64,000 nucleotides of DNA from Perkinsus chesapeaki ATCC PRA-425 (lineage: Eukaryota > Protista > Perkinsozoa): contig JAAPAO010000014.1 in the NCBI GenBank assembly GCA_013115145.1, positions 1-64,000 of the forward strand, written 5' to 3'. Below the pieces are notes generated by a model. That model did not search any database. It was given only the letters and a program-made list of their open reading frames with translations, and was not told where the DNA came from. The position numbers and the translations under genes were made by a program. Of this stretch, positions 49,411 through 60,769 are shown piece by piece; the first letter of the stretch is position 1; each line of letters starts with the position of its first letter.

Positions 49411-50715
49411 GTCCTTCCACTGTAAGAATCTCTATTGACCATGGAGTTAGATGTTACACGACAAATTATTTATTAGTGTTATACACGAGTCACGAGTTCA
49501 GTTAAAATCAGTTCGATGCTAAGCTTGGGAAGTTACATACTACCAGCCTGGTAGTAGCAAGTCTTCTGGGCACTCCATTACATATCATCCCAGCAGCGTT
49601 CCGGTGTTTCGTTTTCGGCGACGACCCATCCTCCGATTCGAGTCAGTGGCGTACTGGCACAAAACCGTTTGGGGGCGTCTCGCTTGTAACACCGGAGAAG
49701 AGCCACCAGCCCAAGCAATCGAGCCTGTGCAATTGTGCTGCGCTTAACTGTTGTCGTTCCTCTGAAAATGGCATTCCTCAAACATAGCGCTCGACGAGCG
49801 CCGCTCGTGGATAATCATGGGGCGATGATATTCACCGGCAATGCACTGTGAAGAAAAAACATTGGTATGGCGAATCAATTTCGTGGGACAATCGAGTAGT
49901 CGCTGCCCTTCTCCGTAATCACAGCAGACGACCAAGGACACGGATAGGAACTAACTGTTCGAAACAGTTGAGTCGCAATGCGACTTTCGCATACACTTGA
50001 AGTGTAACACTTCATCTATCAAGTAAATAACAGTACATACAGTATCATAACTCAAGCGTACTTTCTTATCTGGGAATATTATAATGTAGTGATAAACTGT
50101 GCGTAGAAAGTCGAGAGGCCCAGCAGGGTCTGAGGCATTTCCTGTCGAATGAGTGCTTCCAAAGAACGGGTGAATTTCGAGAGGGTTTAACTTCACTCAA
50201 GAGGCTTGTAGAATCTACAATGTAGATTGCCTTCGAGTTCGGTCCCCTAACTCAGCATAAACCTGCCAGGTTAAACCTGGCAATAAACTCGACCTATTGG
50301 TCTCGTGCTAGCCCTGCCGCGTTAGCGACTGATGTGAACAGCCTTTAGTGATAAGCTCTCGCATTAATACTTCGATAGAGTCGACATCATCTCCCGCGTA
50401 TCTCAAACCGTCTGAACGTGAAGCCTGGGGCGAGGCCTTCTGCATCAGTGTTGAGAAGACAGTTCATGAGGCACTTGTTTCTCAGAAATGAGTCTCAGAT
50501 GCTATAAAGAGCACATTTTACGCTACGATCACACTTTCCTCAAGCATGAGAGACATCGGTAACGAGTGACGCTCCATCGTGTGGACCAAGAATGGAGCTA
50601 CCCATCCATACTGCAAATGCAGAATCTTGAGACTGGAAGATTATGGACACACGAGAAGGGCTTGGTCAGACTTGCTATGCCGTTTCGGCAGTTGTTACGC
50701 TCGACACCTCACAAC

Positions 50716-52338
50716 ATGCTACTCTCACTGTTGGCTACAGCTGGTGCGTTGTCGTATGCGGTAGAAGTCCTCGACCCTCCTTCATGCAGTGCTGACTGTC
50801 TTATAGATTCTGACATAAAAACACTATTGAGGAGTGGTGACCCTATTGGTCTTACGTGGGCCCTAAAAGACAACTCAAGTGCTACCAAGAACGATTGGAT
50901 CGGTTTCTATGCACCGCCGTTTGCTCAAGGAGACTACAGTGGCCATGATTATTTCATGTGGATCGATGTGTCAGCACTTCACACCAACAAGCATATTGTA
51001 CACCTTACCAACATGAGAGCTGATTACTATGATATCCGCTATATGAGGGGTTATGACTGTCTTTGTCGAGCTCCCCAAGTTAAGTTCGAGATGGGCGTAT
51101 ACGAGCCGACTCAAGGCCATGCCAGTATAGAACACACAACAGGCGTCCTTCAGATTCAATGGGTCAGTGGTGGGCCTCCTTCTATTGGGTACCTTCAATA
51201 TCGTACAGGGATTGATGAAGACTGGATGACGTTAAATGCCAGTGTGACTCATTACACCCTCGAGAACATGTGCGGCGTTGATAAAAGGAATTATTATGAC
51301 CCTGGTTACTTTTACAATGTAACACTCCCTCTTAAATCATCGTCGGTCGAAGTCAGGTTTGGGTCAGCTAAAGGAATGTCTAAAACTTTTGTTGTTCAAC
51401 CGGGTATACCCGAAGGAGTCTCAGACGGCGTGCACAGTATCGCTCTGTATGGTGACATGGGAGTCCAGGGCTATTCGTTAGGCCCCGATAAAGTGGAAGT
51501 GGGTAGATGGGGCTGGAATAGCTATTGGGTACAGGATCATTTAGCCTGCAATCCACGGCTCCGGCTATTGACCCACATCGGCGATATATCATATGCTGTG
51601 GGCAATAGTCGTGTATGGGATATGTTTGGACAGGCGGTACAAGAACTATCGTTGAAGCGGCCACTCGTCGCTAGCATTGGTAATCACGAGTTTGACTACT
51701 CCAGTGGAGGATGGCATCCATCTTGGGGTAACTTTGGTTCTGATTCTGGTGGTGAATGTGGTATACCAACTAAGCACAGATATAAATTCCCTAATTGGTG
51801 GTATTCATTCTCATTTGGTATCGTACGATATTTTATGTTGTCATCAGAGCATGATTGGACAGAAGGAAGTGAACAATGGAAATGGTTGAATGAAGAATTA
51901 TCAAAAGTTAATAGGTCGATTACACCATGGGTTATAGTCACCTCCCATCGCCCCATGATCGTCTCGGCATATGGTTCCTCCGAAGACCCGGTAGAAGAGC
52001 AACTCAGATTGGCAATGCTTCCCCTGTTCAAAAAGCACAAAGTCGACCTTTTTGTAGGTGGCCACTGGCACCATTACGAACGGTCTGACCCTATTGATGG
52101 CACTGTTCATGTCATTGCGGGTAGCGCTGGTGCCAAAGATGAAACCGTCTATCCTTATCGAGACTTGCCGACCGTGCCTGTTAAATGGCCATGGGTTCGT
52201 GGCTATCTCGAGCTTCAAGTGTCACGTGAGAACATGACTGGTATATTTTGGGGTATTAATGATTCTATGGCCGATCGTCGACTCATACAGATTGATAATT
52301 TTATAGTCGTCTCAAAAGTTGGTGAAAGCAATTCTTGA
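50716..52338 (+). CDS. Purple acid phosphatase-family metallophosphoesterase, PAP2 (intronless)
   Basis: GDMG, GDISY, GNHE, VTSHRP, GHWH; signal peptide MLLSLLATAGALSYA from the ATG at 50716. Confidence 0.93.
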   Translation: MLLSLLATAGALSYAVEVLDPPSCSADCLIDSDIKTLLRSGDPIGLTWALKDNSSATKNDWIGFYAPPFAQGDYSGHDYFMWIDVSALHTNKHIVHLTNMRADYYDIRYMRGYDCLCRAPQVKFEMGVYEPTQGHASIEHTTGVLQIQWVSGGPPSIGYLQYRTGIDEDWMTLNASVTHYTLENMCGVDKRNYYDPGYFYNVTLPLKSSSVEVRFGSAKGMSKTFVVQPGIPEGVSDGVHSIALYGDMGVQGYSLGPDKVEVGRWGWNSYWVQDHLACNPRLRLLTHIGDISYAVGNSRVWDMFGQAVQELSLKRPLVASIGNHEFDYSSGGWHPSWGNFGSDSGGECGIPTKHRYKFPNWWYSFSFGIVRYFMLSSEHDWTEGSEQWKWLNEELSKVNRSITPWVIVTSHRPMIVSAYGSSEDPVEEQLRLAMLPLFKKHKVDLFVGGHWHHYERSDPIDGTVHVIAGSAGAKDETVYPYRDLPTVPVKWPWVRGYLELQVSRENMTGIFWGINDSMADRRLIQIDNFIVVSKVGESNS

Positions 52339-52883
52339 ATCGTCAGTCACATGCCTTAGGTCCAGCACGTCTGATATTACTCTTCTTTCACTTATGATGT
52401 CGTCTTGCTTATTTTCAGACTGTACCGCTTTGATTTACAGTTACACACGCGCGCTCTATCCATCAAATCAACTGGTTGATCGCTCACCCCTAAATGATGC
52501 AACGGCACTAGATGTACATATGAAAGTTGACGTCGATGAATGAAGAAAATCGGTAATCCGTTTAGTGCTTATTGTCGTATTTTTGCATCAATCTTCGTTG
52601 TAATTCTCGTTGGTCTCATCGAGTTGTGATGGTAAACTATATGGCAGCTGCGATCATAGTAGTATGAGTCCCGCTTTCACTTCAGCTCAAGAACTTTCGT
52701 CAGCGCAACGCCAAGCAACTCCGGCGTTATCGGCAGATTTGCTTATCAAACCCCAATATACTGTTTTCCGAGATGGTCGAAGTTGACCTTCTGATTTGTC
52801 AACCTATTGAACTGTTGAATTCAACGTACATATATCTAGGGCTTCAATCACTTACTAGAATTCAGCCTCATTTAGAGTCGCTA

Positions 52884-53087
52884 ATGGAAGAAATAAATTC
52901 ACGTATTTTCAGGAGAATGCACGGTGGTCGCCTATGGTTGGGCTCTATCCACGAATATTTAAGGGGAATTCAGCTTCCGAGTATACCTTCAAGGCTTGAT
53001 ACAGTTATAAGTAAAGGCTGGGAGACCCTAAAGGCTTTGGCAGCGAGGCTTCTCGCTTCGAGGCATCACTGGACCAGGGCCCGGCGC
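52884..53087 (+). pseudogene. Degenerate copy of the STPG1-like first exon
   Basis: Clear nucleotide homology to 45581-45806 (gagaatgcacggtggtcgcctatggttggg; ctaaaggctttggcag.gaggcttctcgcttcgaggcatc), with indels and a frameshift. I found no later exons. Confidence 0.85.
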
Positions 53088-54922
53088 GTGTTTATGGTCA
53101 CGACACTTTGTGTGAATACCACACGCATCAGCAAAGCTTATCAAATATGTCATTGTAACGAAAAGGCGTCAGAACTCCTTACGTTGCTGAAGGGCTTGGT
53201 AAAGCATCAAAGTTGGAGCCAGATCGAGGCACTATGAAACCCTTGACAACTTCTCGAAAGCGACGCTTTGAAGGACCAAAGAGTTCGAACCTCGGCGCGG
53301 TCTCAGGTGTATATCATCATGATTCATGATAGTCGTGGTCCTAGATTCCACGAGTTGTTCATCTACTGTTACAGCACATTCACCCAATCGTAACGAGCTC
53401 AGTCATTATATGATAGTCCTCCGAGAGAGATGCTCCTCTTAGTAAGGCACACGCTACCTGGTAGTGACCAACAGACCGGCAAGCCGCAAAAACGATGGCA
53501 TTCAATTGCACGTCAACCCGGCAGGGTTAGCTTGCCCCGACCTTATTTTCGTACCATTTTCTAATAGCCATACTGGACCTGAACCGTGATACCATCAAGT
53601 TGATGGCATACTCAACTTAAATGAACGTCCGAGCCGCGGACCCCGCGTGGCGGGGCCCGCGGGCGTCTTGCTCATCACCTTGGAGGACAGCGATCAGCCA
53701 GCAACCTGGAGTGAGCGGCCAGAAAGATGGCCTAGTGCAATTCCCATGCTGCCAAAGCTTTATTGCCTCTTTGCCTCTCATGGAGTAGCTCAAGAGCCGT
53801 TATATGTCAGGCGTTAGCCGTCAGATGTAGCACTGTGCGGCTGACATATCAGTATGATGAACCTACTTCGTGTGTGAGTTCAAAATCCAACGGAGGATGT
53901 GGCGTAGTAGACTAGCCATTCCTGGGACTATCAATTGAGCCTTACCAACTTCTGTACCTTGGCGCATTTTCAGAGACACGGTCCATGTTACCCGGATAGT
54001 GACTAACTGCTCAAGACAGTTGAATTTCATAGACTTCATCATGTTCCAACTGGCAGCTCACAGCCCAAAAGCCAAATCCTAGGCTCAGGTTTACCGGGAG
54101 ATGATGATGATACTATAGGAAGTAGTTATTAATATTTTCGGAGGCCTAGTAGATTGGACATATTCACGGACTGGGGAGGGACAGTGAACCAATTAGTAGG
54201 CATAGACCATGTACAGTAGAAGCTACCTCATTGGCCAAGCGCTCTAGGGTCGACCTGGCAAGGTAGCAGTTTACTCAGCAGGGCTTATGGGTAGCCTTCG
54301 GTACTGTCAGGGCCGCTCGATCTATAGGCGTTGCTTGGATGTCAATTTCTTCATTACTTTTAGAGAGACATCGGTGGCTCACCGAGGGTGGGTGTCGGTC
54401 TAAACACTCGAACAGAATGGTTCGATGAGATTTACTCGCAAATCTGTCATCCTTCATAATTTTTCGCGGAGTTTCGGATTGGACCTCCCTAGCTTGCAAG
54501 AGCTACTGCCCAGTGAATCAGCGCATGCTTGCGTCGGTATCATCTCTCCCTGACTCCAAGCATGCAGAAGTGGAGCTTGCCATGTGGAGCGTGGAGTGAT
54601 ATCTGCTTCAGCAGTATGTTTGACTCGAAGTCTCTGCCATCGCCCGACTTGAACGAGGTAACTTAACAGAGAATTTGTGGGGCTATTGACTCCAAGGAAA
54701 GGGCTAAGGATGCTATACGAAGGATATTGTATAGCTCGATCATATTCTCCGACAAAGGTAAGGAGCTTCGAGCATGACCAACGCTCCATGGCGTGATAGG
54801 AGAACGGAGCTGCTCGATAGTGACACAAATTTCGACACTGGAAGAAAATATTTCCAGTCACGCAAAGAGACTGGCCAGAATTGCTATTCACTTCTTCAAG
54901 CTTTCATTCAGCTCCTCACAAT

Positions 54923-55482
54923 ATGTTATTCTCAGTCTTGGCTGCTACTGGTGCTTTATCATATGCGGTACTGCCCCCCAATAATCCAGCGTGTTGTCAT
55001 CAGAGCATGATTGGACAGAAGGAAGTGAACAATGGAAATGGTTGAATGAAGAATTATCAAAAGTTAATAGGTCGATTACACCATGGGTTATAGTCACCTC
55101 CCATCGCCCCATGATCGTCTCGGCATATGGTTCCTCCGAAAACCCGGTAGAAGAGCAACTCAGATTGGCAATGCTTCCCCTGTTCAAAAAGCACAAAGTC
55201 GACCTTTTTGTAGGTGGCCACTGGCACCATTACGAACGGTCTGACCCTATTGATGGCACTGTTCATGTCATTGCGGGTAGCGCTGGTGCCAAAGATGAAA
55301 CCGTCTATCCTTATCGAGACTTGCCGACCGTGCCTGTTAAATGGCCATGGGTTCGTGGCTATCTCGAGCTTCAAGTGTCACGTGAGAACATGACTGGTAT
55401 ATTTTGGGGTATTAATGATTCTATGGCCGATCGTGACCTTATTGAGTTTGATACCTTTGTTGTTCCCTCGAGGCTTGGTTGA
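54923..55482 (+). pseudogene. PAP3: internally deleted, frameshifted purple acid phosphatase
   Basis: Signal-peptide segment MLFSVLAATGALSYAVLPPNNPAC (homologous to PAP2 MLLSLLATAGALSYAVEVLDPPSC) is joined out of frame at ~54992 to a 3' half nearly identical to PAP2 51838-52275. GDMG, GDxSY and GNHE are missing. Confidence 0.85.
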
Positions 55483-55722
55483 GGCGAGAGATCCATTCTC
55501 CTATCCGTAAGCACTCGTCTTAGATCTAGCACGTCCAATACTCCGTGCCTTTATTAATTCCAACTTCATCTAGTTTATTATCAAAATATACCGCTTTGCT
55601 TTACAGTTACACCAACGAGGCTGTCCATCCATCGAATGATCGCGATGTTTTAGTTAATCACTTTCACTGAATAACACAACGAAATGTCGTAACGTCAAAA
55701 CACCGGCTCGTTCATAAGGACA

Positions 55723-57486
55723 TCATGATGGTGTTATGCGCAAAGACGGCTGACTCAACGCGGTCACCCTCAACTGAGTAGATGATGTGGGATGTGAGCG
55801 AGGAGTCAGCGGGGATTGAACCACTCGGGAACGAGATGAGAAGGAAAGAACATCCGCGGGGTGATGGCTCATTGATACGAGCTTCGCCTGAAGGCCAACA
55901 TCATCGAGGAGTAAGGTTAACAAGATTACCCTCTCTACTCCATCAAAAGAACGGAGATCGATCGTACTGTGAGAGGGCACTGTGTATGTTGGTACCGGTG
56001 TGTTACCCGTTCGAGGGCTGACAAATCCGCCACCTGAATGATCCCAGTGTAGCTCCCAACCTCTGCGGATGTTATACCGTTAGATAATTCCCTTCGCGGA
56101 GTTGGAACTGCCTGCTGGATCCGTTGAGGCTTCGATTCTTCCGTTATACCAACGAGATTGACGCTGTGGCCATCGTGCGTTCTGTCGTCAGAGTGTTCTC
56201 TTCTCTCTCCATTTTGAAATGGAGAGATGGGCCTCCCGTAAGTGGATATGGTGGCACCACGACGGTCATCCTACCAGAAGCCATGGGTACGCAGCAAGAC
56301 GCCTCACTTGCCCGTGGCGAGTAAACAAACAGCTTGCTTACCTGCATCCCTTTACATGCATTACAGTGGTCACGGAACTCCTTACGAAGTTCAGTCAATT
56401 CCTGAGGTTGAAGCACTGGTAAAATAACACGGCCTGAGAACCGACGCCCACCTTGCGAAGTTCCTCGACCTGTTCCTTCGCTCCGACGGCTTCTTCATGT
56501 CGTTCCTCTCGAAGCATCTTTATTTCTCTATTCATTCCCGATAGTATCTCTACCAACGATGCCATCTCATCCCGTAGGGTCTGACAGGACGACTTCCCCA
56601 CAGACATGTCAGAAGTGGCCATCACATTCTCGAACTTGTTGCGAGACTTCTTCAAGGCCGATATGTCCTTGCTGGCCACATCTAGTGCTTTGTATACGGC
56701 ATCAAACTGCTGATGCCAGGTGCTGCTAAGGGCATTGAGATCCCTTCGCAATAAATCTACCGCCGTTCGTTGGCTGAAGGGATGCGTTATGGTCAGAGGG
56801 AACGGGAGGATGGTCACATTTTGGCTTCTCGACCGTACTGTCTGACAGCAGCTTCAGTTTCATTTCGACTTTCCTGACTTCTTCCTTGAACTTCCGATAG
56901 CCACTCAGCGAACGCTAGGACCTACGACAAGCCAGCGCCATCTTCAAGATAGCACTAAGAAGGGTAGCTCACCGTGGGGTCGATATCCCCCCTGATTGAG
57001 GGTCTTGAGGAACGCTGAACTCTCGGAGAGTTGGCTACGGAAATGACATATCGGCAGCTAGAGTTCACAATGGCTTACACTGGTGGCCTTCTGTTTCCCG
57101 CTTCCTGTCTTCCTGGTCTGAGTTATCGTCTTCCGCGATCAGCTGCATTGGAGCTCGGGGCACTCTCCTGGTCTCGGAATCGTCCACCACTACATGTTGA
57201 AGATGATGCTCTGGTGTGGTGCTCCTCCTGAGCAGCTAAGTTAAAGGAGTTTTACACGGCCAACTTACGCCTTAGCGATCGACGCTTTGGTAGGTTTGGT
57301 TAGGTTGGAGCTCATATTAAAGATACGCGAGTACTGTAGTGGAGAGTCTGCATGCCTGGCCAGCATTGACAAACACAAAGCTATTCGGCTGCTAGAAACG
57401 TGGCTTGGAGTGCCGCTATATAAATGAAATGCAGAGACCTCAGCAGTAAACGACCGACTGGAGGCCGCAGTGAGGTGACCGGGCAT
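55723..57486 (-). CDS. Multi-exon coiled-coil hypothetical protein
   Basis: Exon-like pieces LLRRDLNALSSTWHQQFDAVYKALDVASKDISALKKSRNKFE...EQVEELRK and QELTELRKEFRDHC, with GT/AG borders. Both ends are uncertain. Confidence 0.5.
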
Positions 57487-57722
57487 TGCTGGACTAATGT
57501 TGCGCTACATGTTGATGCTTGTGGTGGTGACCTGGCCTCCAGTTGAGGACACGCCTCACTTCTGCAATGTTACTATCGAGTTCCTGAATAAAGTAGTATG
57601 TAGGCGGTATTAGCTTAACCCGTGCCTTGCCTGACGGAGCATTCTATTGATAGTAATCGCCCATCGGCTACCATCCTTGACGTTCTGGTTCATATCGATA
57701 AGTACTGTACGGTTACGATTGA

Positions 57723-58828
57723 TTAAATTCTGCACGTAGCAGACGCGTTGGCGATCATCCTTCTTCTGAGGTCGCGATTTATCAACATGTAGAAGGAGGA
57801 TGCCTCGCTCACCCAGTCTCTGAAGCGCGGCTCGTCAGGATAGGCTTCATTACGGTGCTCGTCACAATATGCTCTCAGAGGGTTAACGACATCGAGACCT
57901 TTCTCAGCATCCTCGTCCATTCGATCGACCTCCCCTGAACGGTACCATGCTCACAGGACTCAAGGCTACTGCCTACCAACCAGGTCGAGAGCGTAGTTCA
58001 TTGCCCGCGCACAAGGTATATGAAATCCTCGGTAACAACTAGTCGAGGAGCATTGGAGCACCGCACCAACGTTCGATAAGTTACATATATCACAGGGAAC
58101 TTTGAATCTTAGGAGGGGATAATGGTAGCATACTGTAGAGCCATACTAACCTTTGCCGAAGGTTCCGCATAGAGACTGCATCTAGGGAAACATACCTGAG
58201 CGATATGACTTTGGCGATGGTTGCATACTTAACTCCACCACACCCGTATCGGCCCTCTTGTATACTGCATTCTGGTATCCACCATGCACAAGAGGAATGT
58301 ATCCAGTAATCATCAAACCTAAAAGTAGAGGTTACCAGAGCGATAGGCATTGGGTTCACGACGACGACCTGCCATCCTTAATTCGGATCAAGGCACCGGT
58401 CCGTCTTGGACACATGAGACATTGTCGTTCGCGTTTGGCCTTTTCTGGACCTGATAAGGTCGATTGAGTGATCGATGATAGGCACCTTACTGAGCCCGTC
58501 TTCGTGTACATGCGTGCAGAAATCACAATACCATTTGTCAGCGAGAACTCGAGGCATGCTGAAAAGGGTGATGCCTCTCGGTATATTGGGGCCGACTGCT
58601 TACAAGTAGCAATTCTGATGAACCGTAGCGTCACAGCCATCACACACAACTATCAGATTCGGATTGCCCTCCTGAGATTAGGAGTATGTTAGAGTCGATT
58701 GGCAGTAGTATGCTGCTCACATCGTCATTCTGATCATTTATGAGGCACACATCGCATACAAGACCGTCATCATCAAGGTCCTCGAGAACCTCTTCAACCC
58801 TCTCGTAGGCTCTGGCTCCTTGTTGCAT
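57723..58828 (-). CDS. PHD + extended-PHD (PZP-type, BRPF/JADE-like) zinc-finger protein, multi-exon
   Basis: Spliced Cys/His pattern CDVC...IVVCDGCDATVHQNCY...WYCDFC, CLMCPRRTGAL, WIHSSCAWWIPEC, ...AYCDEH. Confidence 0.85.
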
Positions 58829-59046
58829 CGTTTAGGGATCAAGAAGGGGGCGTGGCTTCCGCTACGTGGGGTTACGTAATTGCTACGAGTGTGCCTGCTC
58901 AAGCTTCCCTGATAGAGAGTTACCTTCCTCTTGATTATAACACAATGCGGTCAGAGGAAACAGCAACTCCGTCTCATCACGCTAGAACCACCACGGAGGT
59001 ATGCAAAAACGTATAAATGGTACTGTTCGCAACTGCGGCATCGTCG

Positions 59047-60606
59047 CTACACTTTTCCAATGATTCTCGGAGGGACCACCGAGGCATCAGCCATCTCCAC
59101 CAAACCACCAGAGGCGGCGGCACTCTCCTCGTCCTCTAGACCATCATAGTATTCTGCCCGACCGCTCTTCGTAGCACCGTAAACTGCCAATGCCAGCAGA
59201 GCAGCTAGGGCGGCGCACACAGCACTGACTGCGAAGACTGCAGCTCCCTGATGGAAGATACCTGCCCATAATCCACCAGTGACGGATACGAGAATCTGTG
59301 CGACTGCTTGGGCCACGGAAAGCATCGACATGCGGAGCGCAGCTGATGCAGTACCGGTCCTAGCCAGCAATGTGAGGGGTATTGTCAACTGTGTAGCGTA
59401 CATAGGCCCAAGGCCGAGGATCATCCAGGATAAACCAAATGCCTTATTGTCAGCTACCCGTGGCAGAGCAAGCGAGCTTATTAAGAGGCTTGCAAATAGG
59501 AGGAGAGACACCACCCAGCATAAGGAGATGTCGAGGCCAAAGCGCTCAACAAAAGGAAGGCACATAGCCGTAACAACACCTAAAATCATGGACCCATAGA
59601 GACCATAGGTGGCCATAGCATATCTTTCTTGTAGCGGCATAACCGATGGTAGACCATCTGTGGTAAGGAAAGTAACTCCGTAAATCATAAGGGCACTAAC
59701 ACCGATGAAGCCTCCGACAGCTGCGAGGAAGACTAAACCCGTCGAGGTTGCATTAACAAGGAGATCTTTGATGTCACAGAAAAAGTCAGCAATCCACTTG
59801 AAGCAAAGACAACAGCGGCCGCGCTGTTCAGGCGGAACAGCGGTGACAACTTCAGGAAGCATTAAGACAGAGTGAGCCATTATAAACTGGAGGCAACCGC
59901 ACAGGACAGCCAGGCCTCTGAGATGTAGGCATGTCATCGAGCCACAGCTGTCGCTCTTCAACTTCTCAATCCACCAGGCGCCTTCGTAGTCCACCAGATA
60001 CCCCAGGGCGTAGGTAAGGGAAGCCCCGAAAACATAGAATAGCGTCTGTAATGAGAAGTAGACCCCCATCGATTGTCGTGGGACAGTATCCGTCACCAGC
60101 GAGCGCAGCATTAGGAGCTGCATGTTGTTACTGATGAAAAGGAGACCGAAACCGATGGCCAGATAGACGATTGAGTTGCCGGGGAGCTCGGATGCCAGAC
60201 TGAGCACTGCGCAAGCGATGAGGGCAAAGACGTAGCCCATCAACAAGAAGGGTTTTCGACGACCACCAAAACGGCTCCATGTTGACCGATCACTCCACAC
60301 AGCAGCACATGGTTGGACCAGTATAGCGGCCAAAGGAGATACCAACCATCCGTAACCGATAAGCCAGGAAGATACCCCTGCATCAACTAGGGAAGAGGTG
60401 AGCAATAGGATGGCCATGGCCTCGGAGAAGCCTATAGGGAGTGTGCCCATGGCCAAGCGGAGACCAAAGCATCGACCTCTAGAGGCATCATCAGGGACAG
60501 CTGGCCCACTAGGGACCATCCCACCAGCACTGTTCAAGTTGGTGTACTGCGCTTGCTGTTGCTGGCGGGCCGCATACCTAGCACGATGTGATGAATTCGG
60601 CGCCAT
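59047..60606 (-). CDS. MFS/GPH transporter of the sucrose transporter / SLC45 type, intronless
   Basis: 519-aa ORF with about 12 hydrophobic segments; signature WLVSPLAAILVQP..AVWSDRSTWSRFGGRRKPF. Confidence 0.88.
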   Translation of the reverse strand: MAPNSSHRARYAARQQQQAQYTNLNSAGGMVPSGPAVPDDASRGRCFGLRLAMGTLPIGFSEAMAILLLTSSLVDAGVSSWLIGYGWLVSPLAAILVQPCAAVWSDRSTWSRFGGRRKPFLLMGYVFALIACAVLSLASELPGNSIVYLAIGFGLLFISNNMQLLMLRSLVTDTVPRQSMGVYFSLQTLFYVFGASLTYALGYLVDYEGAWWIEKLKSDSCGSMTCLHLRGLAVLCGCLQFIMAHSVLMLPEVVTAVPPEQRGRCCLCFKWIADFFCDIKDLLVNATSTGLVFLAAVGGFIGVSALMIYGVTFLTTDGLPSVMPLQERYAMATYGLYGSMILGVVTAMCLPFVERFGLDISLCWVVSLLLFASLLISSLALPRVADNKAFGLSWMILGLGPMYATQLTIPLTLLARTGTASAALRMSMLSVAQAVAQILVSVTGGLWAGIFHQGAAVFAVSAVCAALAALLALAVYGATKSGRAEYYDGLEDEESAAASGGLVEMADASVVPPRIIGKV

Positions 60607-60769
60607 TTAAAGTGGTAAGCTGGTACTATTGTTGGTGTGGCCTCATAACAACTCAACACGATCTCTCAGATATCGTATCAGTATTAGTAATGAACGTTTG
60701 GCTTCGAGGACTATGGACACACTAGAAACAGGAGTGGTGCCGTCAGTAGAGAAGGAGGAGGAGGATCGA

